This document shows, one piece after another, positions 19,986-29,190 of a stretch of DNA of 42,272 bases; the stretch's first letter is position 1; every line of letters starts with the position of its first letter. The DNA comes from a virus. Lineage: Duplodnaviria; Caudoviricetes. The stretch spans positions 1 through 42,272 of the IMG/VR virus record IMGVR_UViG_3300025018_000044; one strand, 5' to 3'. Below the pieces are notes generated by a model. That model had not been told where the DNA came from. It was given only the letters and a program-made list of their open reading frames with translations, and made no database searches. Both the position numbers and the translations under genes were made by a program.

Positions 19986-21302
19986 ATGTCGCATCGAAAT
20001 GTAGCAGCGTTCTCAACGCGTGATGCTTTGCTCAGGCTTGCAAATTGGATTTATCTTTTAGGTTTTAATGGTGATTTCAAAGACGAAGCTGGAAACGCTG
20101 AATTCGTGAAATTAGGCGCAGGGACGTCCGCTTTCGTTGACACCGTTTCGGACTATTTTCCGGCCGCAGAGGCTGGATGGGATGTCGCAAACAATCTTGC
20201 GCGCGCGAGCGGAGTTGGGCTGGGGACTTCCAATGGTGAATGGTGCGTTGCTTTAATTTACCAACCCGACACAAACAACCCTACACAGCGCATTTGGGAG
20301 GCTATCGACTCGGTTTCATCTTTCGACGTAAGGCGTATTTTCTGGATTCAAGCCGGAATTATTGGGGCCTTTGATGGCGCCACAAGAAACACGGCGCGCG
20401 TTATGTCCTCAGGCAATGAGGCTATGTTTTTTATGCGCGCCAATGGTGCCGAAGGCACGGTCGATTTCTTTGAGAATGGAATCAAATTCGCCACACTCGC
20501 ATTCACGAATGGCGCAATTCCAGGCACCGCGAACCGTCTGTATGGCGTAGGTGATTACAATTTAGTAAGTCCAACCAATCCGGCTTTCGGAATTCATCGG
20601 ATGAGTGGATTAATTGACGGGGCGGTTTCGGATGAAACTATTTATGAAATATTTAAGCAACGAAGCGGCGGCCGGTCGCACGATTGGCTTGGACGTCCCG
20701 CGTTGCAGGAAAATTGTATCTTCCACTTGCCGTTATGGGAAAAAGCCGGAACGCAATTCATCGACGTATCAGGCAATCAGAACCATTCAATCGCAACGGC
20801 CGCGCCTACCGCATACAACCGAGACAGTGTGACGTTAAATGGCTCGCAATCGTTGCCCGCGCCTATTATTAATTTCTTGACAACGTCGTTCACTATGGCG
20901 GTTAAGTTTTCGGTAAACGCAAGCCTTGACGGTATTTTTGGCGTATTTTCGTCGCCTAGCAATTATATTTCCGTCTACACATCAGGCGCTAACATTTTGG
21001 TCCGAGTTTACAATAATAACGCGCCAGACTTGAAAACTATTACGATTCCGCAAGATTTGGACGGGTCGATAAATTCGCTTTGCATCCGCTGGAATCATTC
21101 AACGAATGAAATCGCTGCATGGTATAACGGCGTTGCATATACGCCTTTAATATTCACTGGCGCAGGATTGGCCGCGCCTAACGCTTGTAATTTTGGCGGG
21201 ACTAACGCGAATTTCATCGGCGGATTGGCCGGGATTATAAAAGAGCCTCGCCTGTATAACGTCGCACTTTCTGACGCTCTTTGCTTGGAGCTTTCAACGT
21301 GA
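19986..21302 (+). CDS. LamG/concanavalin A-like domain protein (possible receptor-binding or decoration protein)
   Basis: LamG signatures such as DVSGNQNH, SFTMAVKF, WYNGV and GIIKEPRLYNVALSD; two such domains. Confidence 0.7.
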   Translation: MSHRNVAAFSTRDALLRLANWIYLLGFNGDFKDEAGNAEFVKLGAGTSAFVDTVSDYFPAAEAGWDVANNLARASGVGLGTSNGEWCVALIYQPDTNNPTQRIWEAIDSVSSFDVRRIFWIQAGIIGAFDGATRNTARVMSSGNEAMFFMRANGAEGTVDFFENGIKFATLAFTNGAIPGTANRLYGVGDYNLVSPTNPAFGIHRMSGLIDGAVSDETIYEIFKQRSGGRSHDWLGRPALQENCIFHLPLWEKAGTQFIDVSGNQNHSIATAAPTAYNRDSVTLNGSQSLPAPIINFLTTSFTMAVKFSVNASLDGIFGVFSSPSNYISVYTSGANILVRVYNNNAPDLKTITIPQDLDGSINSLCIRWNHSTNEIAAWYNGVAYTPLIFTGAGLAAPNACNFGGTNANFIGGLAGIIKEPRLYNVALSDALCLELST

Positions 21303-21715
21303 AACATTTCATTCTTTTTTTATTTCTGGCTTCGTGTGCGAGTCGGCCAGACGCGGTGAACGGAGTCTCTGTGCTCGGCGTTCCACATGATGTCGTTCAA
21401 AATGCGGCCGAAGGCGCCGCGATTTGCCTCGGGCTTGGCTTCGAGCTTCCGCGCGACCCTTTCGCCGGCGTCGTCGTCAAAGCTTCGCACGATTTGAATG
21501 CGAAGGGCGAAACGCGCGGTTCGACGATTGAAGTGTCGGCCGAACGCGAAGCCTGGAAGCTTGAACAAGTCTTGTCGCACGAATTTGTTCACGTGGCGTT
21601 GACCAGGTATCGGCCGAACATCGCGAACCATCATCAATTTATGGAACAAGGCGGAATTTGCTTCGGCGGTTGCGAAAGTATGCCGCCCGGCCGTTACACG
21701 AAAGGATGCGAATGA
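21299..21715 (+). CDS. Lipoprotein with an HExxH zincin motif
   Basis: GTG start, lipobox-like FLFLAS-C, and the motif LSHEFVHVAL. Confidence 0.65.
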   Translation: MKHFILFLFLASCASRPDAVNGVSVLGVPHDVVQNAAEGAAICLGLGFELPRDPFAGVVVKASHDLNAKGETRGSTIEVSAEREAWKLEQVLSHEFVHVALTRYRPNIANHHQFMEQGGICFGGCESMPPGRYTKGCE

Positions 21716-22062
21716 TGGACATGTCAGAAACCGTAATTACTGGCGCGCTCGGCGTTATATTCGGCGCCGGCGGACTTGGCGGACTTTGGACGTTCATCGG
21801 GAAGGGTCGCGAAAACGAAGCCGCAATCGTCCGCCAGTATTACACTTCGATTTCCGAGCGCATGGTTAAACTTGAAATCGCGCTCGAAGAGGTCAGAGAA
21901 GAAAACGCCGAGCTTCATGTCCTGAATGCGAAGCTCGAAGCGCGCGAAGTCGCAAGAGAGGCAGAGCAAAAACAACGCGAAGCGCGTTACGAAATGGAAA
22001 TCGAAGTGTTACGTGTCCAGGTTCAAAAGATTGCAAACGATAGCGAGGCGAGTCATGGGTGA
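21712..22062 (+). CDS. Membrane protein with coiled coil (lysis accessory)
   Basis: N-terminal Gly-rich transmembrane segment followed by a heptad-rich helix. Confidence 0.6.
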   Translation: MMDMSETVITGALGVIFGAGGLGGLWTFIGKGRENEAAIVRQYYTSISERMVKLEIALEEVREENAELHVLNAKLEAREVAREAEQKQREARYEMEIEVLRVQVQKIANDSEASHG

Positions 22063-22372
22063 AATCATAGCATTATGTTTCGCCGCAATTGGCTTTTTGG
22101 CGATTTGGATTTCTTCGTTTACGATGACGCGGCGGAACCGGCTTAGACTTCCGGAACCGCGACCATCAACGCCGATGGCCGACACGCAACATGGAGCGTC
22201 GTCGGACATGTCGGCCGAACAAAGGACAATCGATGAAGCCGCTAATTTTGACCCTTCTAACCCTGCTGACCCTGGCGGCGATAGGCTCGACCGCGCACGC
22301 GCAGAGCTTAGAAAATACCGCGCCGCACAAGCTGATACACCTAACGCCGGCGGAGCTTCAAAAGGAAATTGA
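22055..22372 (+). CDS. Membrane-anchored protein (i-spanin-like position)
   Basis: GAGG ribosome site; N-terminal transmembrane segment IIALCFAAIGFLAIWISSF. Confidence 0.5.
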   Translation: MGEIIALCFAAIGFLAIWISSFTMTRRNRLRLPEPRPSTPMADTQHGASSDMSAEQRTIDEAANFDPSNPADPGGDRLDRARAELRKYRAAQADTPNAGGASKGN

Positions 22373-22739
22373 AGCATTCTGCAAAGAAGACGCGGACCAG
22401 GCGAAGCAATTCAGAACGCAGCGCGCTCTCGCCGACCGATGTCGCCAGTCGTTCGACGAATCGACCGGAAAGCTCTTCGCCATCGAAACCGCGCTCGCAA
22501 CCGCCGCGACGCAGGCGCGCAAAGACGCCGAAGAAATCGCAAGGCTCAACCAGGCACGAAAGACCGACGCCGCCGTCGGAATCGTCGCGAACGTCTTCGC
22601 CCTTGGCGCCGGAATCTTGATGACGACGTCGGCCGTTTGCTGGACGTCCGGAGCCGACCCTTATCTTTGCGGCTTTGAAGCCGCCGCCGGCGGCGTTTTG
22701 GCGTTCGGCGTTGTAGCCTTTCACGTTTGGCGGTTTTAA
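22233..22739 (+). CDS. Secreted coiled-coil protein with a C-terminal hydrophobic hairpin (spanin-like)
   Basis: AAGGA ribosome site; signal peptide MKPLILTLLTLLTLAAIGSTAHA; overlaps the previous gene in another frame. Confidence 0.6.
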   Translation: MKPLILTLLTLLTLAAIGSTAHAQSLENTAPHKLIHLTPAELQKEIEAFCKEDADQAKQFRTQRALADRCRQSFDESTGKLFAIETALATAATQARKDAEEIARLNQARKTDAAVGIVANVFALGAGILMTTSAVCWTSGADPYLCGFEAAAGGVLAFGVVAFHVWRF

Positions 22740-23981
22740 ATGGACATCATCAACGAAACGGCCAAAGGCCGAACCTATTCAGTGCATCGCGACTTACAAC
22801 CGCTCGTCGTAAAGATTGACGCCTTGACGTTGGACCCGACGAACGCGCGATTGCATAGCGGCCGAAATATCGAAGAAATCGCGCGCAGTCTTAAAGCGTA
22901 CGGCCAACGAACGCCAATCGTTTACCAAAGGACGGAAGACGGCCGCGCCATCGTGCGAAAGGGTAACGGAACCATCGAGGCGGCGTTGTCTTTGAAATGA
23001 ACGCATGTCGCCGCGCTTGAAATTCGCGAAGACGACACGACGGCCGCGGCGTATGCAATCGCCGACAATCGAACCGCCGAGCTTGCGACTTGGAATTATG
23101 CGCAATTGATTTCGACGCTTGAATCGTTCGAAAGCTTGTCCGGAACCGGCTTCAACGATGACGACTTCCGCGCAGTCCTGGCGAAGTTCAAAACGCAGGA
23201 AAAACTAAGCCGTCGCGAGCCGAACATGGACGAGGCCGACGCCTTCCAGCGGAAATGGAACGTAAAGCGCGGCGACGTTTGGGAATGCGACGGACACGTC
23301 GTCGTTTGCGGCGACTCGATGCAACCGGAATCGTTCGGCCATATCGACGAGCGTTTTTTCTGCGTTGTCGCCGACGCGCCGTACGGCGTTTCGTACGAAG
23401 GTAAAATGCGGAAACGAAGCGAAATCGAGTCTGATGATTTTTCGCCGCTTGAGCTTCGTACGATGCTCGAGCGCGTCTTCGACAACGTGTTGACACGTTC
23501 CGAGCCTGGTTCCGGTTGGTACGTCTTCGGTCCGCAAGGTCCATTGTCCGTCGTGTTCGGCGCGGTGCTCGAAGCGCGCGGACTTTGGCGTCAGTCGCTT
23601 GTATGGGCGAAAAATTCATTCGTCGCAGGCCGAAGCGATTTCCATTATCAACACGAGCCGATTTGGTACGGATGGACGCCGGGCGCTTCGCATCGATATT
23701 ACGGCGACCGGAAGCAATCGAGCCTCTTTAACTTCGACCGTCCGACGTCGTCGAAGGTCCATCCGACCATGAAGCCGGTCGCTCTGGTCGCGTACATGTT
23801 GGAACTTTCTTCGGCGCCTGGCGATGTCGTCGTCGACCCTTTCGCCGGCTCCGGAACGACGTTCGAAGCCGCATGGTCAATCGGTCGCCGTTCGTATTCG
23901 GTCGAACTTGTTCCGGCTTACTGCGCTTGTATTCTGGAACGTATGGCATCAATCGGCATGGAACCGAAGAAAAGAGGTTGA
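22740..23981 (+). pseudogene. ParB-like domain + N6/N4 DNA methyltransferase fusion, interrupted by an in-frame TGA (22998-23000)
   Basis: The ParB motifs NARLH, SLKAYGQRTPIV, GNGT and AYAIADNRTAELATW lie in one frame across the stop. Methylase motifs DAPYG, HPTMKP and DPFAGSGTT follow. Confidence 0.8.
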
Positions 23982-24015
23982 CGCGTTAACGTTTCGCAAT
24001 TAACGTTTGTCTTGT
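23977..24015 (+). promoter_or_regulatory. Repeated early promoter, copy 1 (TTGACG-17-TAACGT)
   Basis: 39 bp identical to 37868-37906 and 40665-40703; sigma70-like spacing. Confidence 0.75.
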
Positions 24016-24048
24016 CGCGACGATGAACGTTGGACGAAAGGACACACC

Positions 24049-24390
24049 ATGAACGTTACACTCTTCAACAATCACACAATCAACTTTGATGCTCCTTTGA
24101 CTTCGGCGGACATCAACGCCATCGCCGACTCGCTGTATGACGAAGGCGGCGTCGGAACGCTTGGCGGCTCCGATGTCGTCAAGTTCGTATTCGAAGTCGT
24201 CGGCGGCGAGCTTTACGCTCGTCGAACGGTCCGTCGAACGTCCGAACTTCCGTATGGAATCAAAGTCGCAGTCTGCGGCGAATTCGTCGGCGTTATTCCG
24301 TCGAAGACGCACGACACAATCGCGTTTCGCTTCGACGACGCGGAATTCGTTTCGATGTCGCCATCGCGTGAAGTGTTTTTCAAGTTCTAA
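24049..24390 (+). CDS. Hypothetical early protein
   Basis: AGGACACACCATG leader directly downstream of the promoter. Confidence 0.75.
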   Translation: MNVTLFNNHTINFDAPLTSADINAIADSLYDEGGVGTLGGSDVVKFVFEVVGGELYARRTVRRTSELPYGIKVAVCGEFVGVIPSKTHDTIAFRFDDAEFVSMSPSREVFFKF

Positions 24391-24411
24391 CCAGTCCGAC
24401 CGACTTCACAA

Positions 24412-24448
24412 TCGCCGCGCCGCTTACAAGCCGCGCGGCTTTTTGCGT
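24412..24448 (+). terminator. Intrinsic terminator-like repeat (identical to 41311-41347)
   Basis: GC-rich stem GCCGCGC.GCT-TACA-AGC.GCGCGGC followed by TTTTT. Confidence 0.65.
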
Positions 24449-24484
24449 GTCGGCATGTCGCCGGCCAAAGGACCAGGACACACA

Positions 24485-25297
24485 ATGGAACGCTCCGAAT
24501 CAATAACCGACCTTGTCGGACGTATGGCGCGGGCTTCGGCCGCAGTGAAGGACCAGAAACCGGAAGGCAAAAACACGCATCAACATTACGCTTATTATAC
24601 GATTCAACAATTCATGCGCGAAGCTCGGAACGTGCTTTCTGGCGCCGGCGTCGCCATCTTTCCGAACGTCGCGGAGGTCGTAGAGTATCCGCAAGTCGGG
24701 AAACAATTTCGCGTCGTCGTCCGGCTTGATGTCATGTTTACGGCCGCAGAATCGGGCGAGTTCATTACGACGAAATGGTACGGCGAAGGGCTTGATTCGT
24801 CCGACAAAGCTTACACGAAGGCGTATACGGCCGCGCTAAAACAATGCCTCCAAAAAACGTTGCTACTCGGCGGCGATGTAGACCCTGATGGTGAAACCAT
24901 CGAGCGCGAAGCATACCGGCCGCGTCAAACCGCCCGTAATGAATCGAACGGACGAACACGACCGAATGCCGGTCCGAGTCGTCAGAATTCAAACCAGGCG
25001 CAAACGGCGAAGCCTAAGACGCCAGAAAAGACCGAGCCGGCCCCGGAAGAATCGCCAGACGAAGAATCAAAAAGGTTCGACAAAGCGTTCGCGGTCGTCT
25101 CTGACATCGTCGCCGACGAAGACGTCGACCGCTTAAAGGAAGCGATTTCGAAGAATCTCGACACGCCGTTCGAAAATATCTCGGCCGACCGTATGCAAAA
25201 TATCGCCAATAAGATTTTGGCGGTCGACGAGCCGGACCGTTACGATACCCTTCGCAGATATATCGACAGATATGCGCCTACAGACGAGGAATTCTAA
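24485..25297 (+). CDS. erf: ERF-family ssDNA annealing protein
   Basis: G.N....Y.Y motif and GEGLDSSDKAYTKAYTAALK...DPD ERF signature. Confidence 0.8.
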   Translation: MERSESITDLVGRMARASAAVKDQKPEGKNTHQHYAYYTIQQFMREARNVLSGAGVAIFPNVAEVVEYPQVGKQFRVVVRLDVMFTAAESGEFITTKWYGEGLDSSDKAYTKAYTAALKQCLQKTLLLGGDVDPDGETIEREAYRPRQTARNESNGRTRPNAGPSRQNSNQAQTAKPKTPEKTEPAPEESPDEESKRFDKAFAVVSDIVADEDVDRLKEAISKNLDTPFENISADRMQNIANKILAVDEPDRYDTLRRYIDRYAPTDEEF

Positions 25298-25713
25298 TGC
25301 TTACGACCAAACGACAAGCCAAGCTCCGCGCGAAGTTCATGCGACACGCTGAATCGCTCGGGCTTCCAAACATCAAAGAGCTTGGCGATAGCCTGCGCCG
25401 GTCTGGCGTTACGAACATTCAACTCATTTTCATTTCGGAAGAGATTACGATGGAAGACAAAGATTTAACGGCTCTCGAAGCAGTCGCCGAAGGGTTTCCA
25501 GATACCGAAGACGATAGCGCGACCATCAAGTCGCTCTGCGTTCGCGCCTGCGCCTGCGGCTTCACACAATCGCAGCTTGCGGACTTGGTCGGAGTAAGTC
25601 CGGTTTCGTTGTCGCGATGGTGCTCCGGCGTCCACGCGCCTTCCAGGCGTAACCTTGAAAGCATTCAATCGACGGTTGCAAAACTGGAAGCCGCCGCCGC
25701 CAAAAACGCATAA
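25297..25713 (+). CDS. XRE-type helix-turn-helix regulator
   Basis: C-terminal GFTQSQLADLVGVSPVSLSRWCSG..APS. Confidence 0.8.
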   Translation: MLTTKRQAKLRAKFMRHAESLGLPNIKELGDSLRRSGVTNIQLIFISEEITMEDKDLTALEAVAEGFPDTEDDSATIKSLCVRACACGFTQSQLADLVGVSPVSLSRWCSGVHAPSRRNLESIQSTVAKLEAAAAKNA

Positions 25714-25823
25714 AAAAACCGAGCGCGGCCTGCATGGTCGCCTCGGTTTGGTCATGACCAGGACAACGACGGAATGAACATCCGTCGTAAATCACGACAA
25801 GCACACATTACACAAGACACACC

Positions 25824-26747
25824 ATGAGCACAATCAGTACAGCGCAAGCGAGCGCAACGGACATCAATCGCACGAAGCGAGGCCGGACCATACAACGGTT
25901 CTGGACTTCGGCGCCGCACGAGCTAACCAGGTCGGCCGACCTTTCCGCGAATGCAAAGCTCGTTTGGATTCTTATCCGCGGCTTTTCGGACGACTACCAA
26001 TGGACACGCGCAGAGCTTCAAACGTTCGCAAACATCGGACATCACGCGTTACGAAAGTCGATGGTCGAACTTCAAAAGGCCGGATGGTTGGAAAAAGAAC
26101 AAATACGCAACGACGACGGAACCTTCGGCGACGTCGCTTGGATAATTCATGAATCGACCGGTAGTACAGAAAGTGTACGTCCGGTTGAATCGACCGGTAG
26201 TACAGAAAGTGTACGTCCGGTTGAATCGTGCCTTTCGGTCGTCGAATCAACGACTTACGAAGAATCGACCGGTAGTACAGAAAGTGTACGTCCGGTTGAG
26301 CCTTCGGAAAGCCGCGCAGAATCTAGCGTTCAGGTGCCTCTCGCGCGCGCGTCTAAAAAAGAACAAGAAAAACAGAGTAGAGCTACTACTACTAAAAACA
26401 TGGCCATGACATTTCCAGAGTTCGAAGCGATGTCCATCAAACGACTTTACGGAGTCAACATATCGCATCCGCCATACCGAACGCTCGAAGTCCTGCAAAA
26501 CCATACTCGGGACCAAATCGAATCGGCATTCGATGCGACATCGAAGTCGAACAAACCGTCGTTCGCATACTTCGCGAAGGTCCTGGAAAACCAGTCCGCA
26601 GGCGTTGAACAACAAACTGCGCATAAACCTTTGACGTCCGGCGAGCGGAATCTTGCCAAGCAATATCGGGACTTCGTAAAGCTTGGAATGCCAATCGACG
26701 ACGAAAAGCAAGCTTTGGTTGATAGGCTGGAACGCGAGTTGAGTTGA
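25824..26747 (+). CDS. Replication initiator (HTH, lambda O-like organisation)
   Basis: N-terminal winged HTH (LSANAKLVW...ELQKAGWL), internal iterons, followed by DnaB. Confidence 0.75.
   Translation: MSTISTAQASATDINRTKRGRTIQRFWTSAPHELTRSADLSANAKLVWILIRGFSDDYQWTRAELQTFANIGHHALRKSMVELQKAGWLEKEQIRNDDGTFGDVAWIIHESTGSTESVRPVESTGSTESVRPVESCLSVVESTTYEESTGSTESVRPVEPSESRAESSVQVPLARASKKEQEKQSRATTTKNMAMTFPEFEAMSIKRLYGVNISHPPYRTLEVLQNHTRDQIESAFDATSKSNKPSFAYFAKVLENQSAGVEQQTAHKPLTSGERNLAKQYRDFVKLGMPIDDEKQALVDRLERELS
26151..26297. repeat. Origin iterons: 3 x 36-bp dyad-symmetric repeats (26151, 26187, 26262)
   Basis: GAATCGACCGGTAGTACAGAAAGTGTACGTCCGGTT, with internal ACCGG..GTACA/TGTAC..CCGGT symmetry. 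An A-rich tract follows at about 26354-26400. Confidence 0.8.
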
Positions 26748-26810
26748 CGGCTTCGGCGAACCGAGCGATTTGTGGAACCTGGTCGATGACTGACCAACGA
26801 AGGACAAAAC

Positions 26811-28148
26811 ATGGAACTCACAGAACTACCAATGGACCGCGAAGCCGAAGAGCGTTTGTTGTCCGCAGTCTTAAAAAATCCGGTACTCGTGTTCGCCGAA
26901 ACCATTACGCGAAATTTTTTCTGGTACGAAGACAATCGCCGAATCTGGTCGGCGATTTGCGAAGCGGTTTCCGAAGGCGTTGAGAATGACATCATTATGG
27001 GCGATGTGCCTTGGCGCATCGAAAAGCAGTACGGACCAGTCATGGTGCATGGTCAACCGCTTAAACGATACATCTTGGACCTTCATTTCAAGTCCGTTTC
27101 GCCCGAAACCGAGTTCGGAATATGGGCGCCGCGCGTTCGGAGCGCATACGTCCGAAGGCTTGTAATTCAGGCTTCACAAAGACTTATCGGCCAAGCGATG
27201 GACGAGCAAAACGGCGACGTAGTCATACGGAATTTTTCGGACGAATCGTCGACCCTGGCGAACTCTTTGTCGAAAAAACGGATGGACATCAAAGGAATCG
27301 CGAAGGACTGGTCGGACAATATCGAGCGCCGATTGCTTGGCGACGGTATCGACGCGACGAAGATTCCTACCGGCGTCTGGCCTATCGACTTTCTTCTTTC
27401 CGGCGGCGGAACCGAAGGCCGGTATACTGTCATCATGGCAAAGAAGAAAATGGGAAAATCGCGGCTTACGACGCGCATCGCTTACAATTGCGCGAAGTCC
27501 GGAGTTCACGTTTTGCATTTTTCCGAAGAAATGACGAACGACGACATGATGTGGCTATATACCGCCGCGCATACCGGCCGCAGTCGCCGCGAATACATGA
27601 AGCCGACCGACGGAAAAACGCCGACGCAAATCGTCGAAATGTCGCGAACCGCGGCGAACGAAATCGCAGAGCTTCCGGTTGCGATGCACTGCGGCCGCGT
27701 CAACGTCCGCGACATCGTATTACGGACGAAGGCGCGAAAGGCGATGGCCGTCGATAGCTCGATTGTCGTCATCGTCGACTATTTGCAATTGGTCGACGGA
27801 CGTCCGGAAGATACGAAGGAATACGACCGCGTGACGTACGTTTCAAAGGAGCTTGCGGCGCTTGCGAAGGCAACCGGCGCATGGGTAGTCGCCTTGTCGC
27901 AACCGAACCGCTGCGAAGGAATGCCGACGCCTGCGAACGCCAGGTCGTCGGGACAAATCGAAAACGACGTCGACGAAATGATTATCTTTCATCGTGCGGC
28001 CGAAGAAGACGAAGATGCGTCGCCGCATGACAAGGCGCAGGGCATTATGTGGCTTGCGCTCAATCGCCACGGCGACACGTTTAAGACGCCGGTCGAATGC
28101 GACTTGCAACGGCTTGAATTTTCACGCCATGACGGTTACAAGTTTTAA
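26811..28148 (+). CDS. dnaB: Replicative DnaB-like helicase
   Basis: AEERLLSAVL, Walker A KKKMGKS, FSEEM, VDYLQLV, LSQPNR, SGQIENDVD, NRHG. Confidence 0.9.
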   Translation: MELTELPMDREAEERLLSAVLKNPVLVFAETITRNFFWYEDNRRIWSAICEAVSEGVENDIIMGDVPWRIEKQYGPVMVHGQPLKRYILDLHFKSVSPETEFGIWAPRVRSAYVRRLVIQASQRLIGQAMDEQNGDVVIRNFSDESSTLANSLSKKRMDIKGIAKDWSDNIERRLLGDGIDATKIPTGVWPIDFLLSGGGTEGRYTVIMAKKKMGKSRLTTRIAYNCAKSGVHVLHFSEEMTNDDMMWLYTAAHTGRSRREYMKPTDGKTPTQIVEMSRTAANEIAELPVAMHCGRVNVRDIVLRTKARKAMAVDSSIVVIVDYLQLVDGRPEDTKEYDRVTYVSKELAALAKATGAWVVALSQPNRCEGMPTPANARSSGQIENDVDEMIIFHRAAEEDEDASPHDKAQGIMWLALNRHGDTFKTPVECDLQRLEFSRHDGYKF

Positions 28149-28177
28149 TCGGCGATGACGCCAACGAAGGACACACC

Positions 28178-28516
28178 ATGAAAGCAAGTGATTTAATCGA
28201 ACGACTGCGACGACTTCCGGCCGACGCCGATGTCGATGTCGAAGTCGTACCTGGACAAACCGTCGGTATATGTTTGGGCGGTTCGACGATTCGGCCTGCT
28301 TACGTGTCCAGCGATAACGAAAACCGCGGCTCCATTATGATTCGTCGAAAAGACGGCGACGCCGTAATTTTGGCGCAAGATGGCGTTGCGATTTGCCGAG
28401 TCGTCATGGCGAAGAAAAGCGGCGGCGTGCGATTCTTCGCGCCGCGCTCAATTGAAATTGTACGCGAAGAGGTCGCGTCAACACGTGGAGTGAAACATGC
28501 TAACGGAATCTTCTGA
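28178..28516 (+). CDS. Protein with a C-terminal CsrA/RsmA-like domain
   Basis: IMIRRKDGDAVIL...APRSIEIVREEV aligns by eye with CsrA LILTRRVGETLMI...APKEVSVHREEI. Confidence 0.6.
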   Translation: MKASDLIERLRRLPADADVDVEVVPGQTVGICLGGSTIRPAYVSSDNENRGSIMIRRKDGDAVILAQDGVAICRVVMAKKSGGVRFFAPRSIEIVREEVASTRGVKHANGIF

Positions 28517-29153
28517 CATCAATCCGGAAACCGGAATCGTTCAAAGCCAAACGGAAAAAGCCGCGTCCAAAATCGCGGCCGCGCAGAAACCGGAACCGAA
28601 GCCGGAAGACAAGCCGGCGCCATCGCGCCGTAAGAAAATCGAAGGCGACGTCGTTCCGCTTCGCGCCGCCGAAGAAAAGCAAAAGGTTTCGGCCAAGCTA
28701 GAGCTCGCCGGCGATAACGCGAAATTGCGTTCGGTATCGGTTGCGAAAATCATCGCGCCGCCTGAATCGAAATCGCCGGACATCGTCGAAGTCGGACTCG
28801 TCATCGACGTTCCGGTTGCAACGACGGACAAGTTTCCGCTCGCCGACCTGGTTCGCCAAATGACGCAGCGCTCGGAAAACGAAGAGCAGGAAGGCCATAG
28901 AACGACGAAGCTTTCGCTCAAACGTACATACGGAACATGTACCGTCGTGGCGAACGACATCTTTCGAAAGAAGTCGGTTAAATTCTGCGCAAAGGTCAAA
29001 GGCTCGCCAGTTACGACCGTCGTCGATGGAAAGGCCGTCATGCGCGTTTGTCTTTTCGGACGAATCGAATTCGCGGCGTTTCAGGACGTTTTGCATATGC
29101 TCAATAACGAGCGCGAATGGATTATTTCGCCGACGCAAGGCAACCTTTTTTAA
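28497..29153 (+). CDS. Hypothetical protein ending in QGNLF
   Basis: GGAG ribosome site, 218 aa, phage-typical codon usage. Confidence 0.7.
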   Translation: MLTESSDINPETGIVQSQTEKAASKIAAAQKPEPKPEDKPAPSRRKKIEGDVVPLRAAEEKQKVSAKLELAGDNAKLRSVSVAKIIAPPESKSPDIVEVGLVIDVPVATTDKFPLADLVRQMTQRSENEEQEGHRTTKLSLKRTYGTCTVVANDIFRKKSVKFCAKVKGSPVTTVVDGKAVMRVCLFGRIEFAAFQDVLHMLNNEREWIISPTQGNLF

Positions 29154-29190
29154 GCTCTGCGACGACCGCAGGACATGACCAGGACGAACC

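Noticed and set aside
13438-21302. Diversity-generating retroelement or invertible tail-fibre system
   Set aside because: No reverse transcriptase or invertase, and I saw no template/variable repeat pair in the tail genes.
22998-23000. Genome-wide reassignment of TGA to Trp
   Set aside because: Many genes end in TGA with ATGA/GTGA coupling, and Trp is encoded by TGG throughout.
25297-25713. Lysogeny module
   Set aside because: A single co-oriented HTH gene only; no integrase, ParA or divergent repressor pair found.
26151-26297. 36-bp palindromic repeats with a 39-bp gap as a mini-CRISPR array
   Set aside because: Copies 1 and 2 abut with no spacer, all are in frame inside the initiator gene next to an A-rich tract, and no cas genes are present. 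Origin iterons fit better.
28155-28181. Conserved upstream mini-ORFs starting at the hairpin-loop ATG
   Set aside because: Four copies give 8-9 codon ORFs ending at the ATGA overlap, but three are in frame and five are in the third frame, so frame is not conserved.
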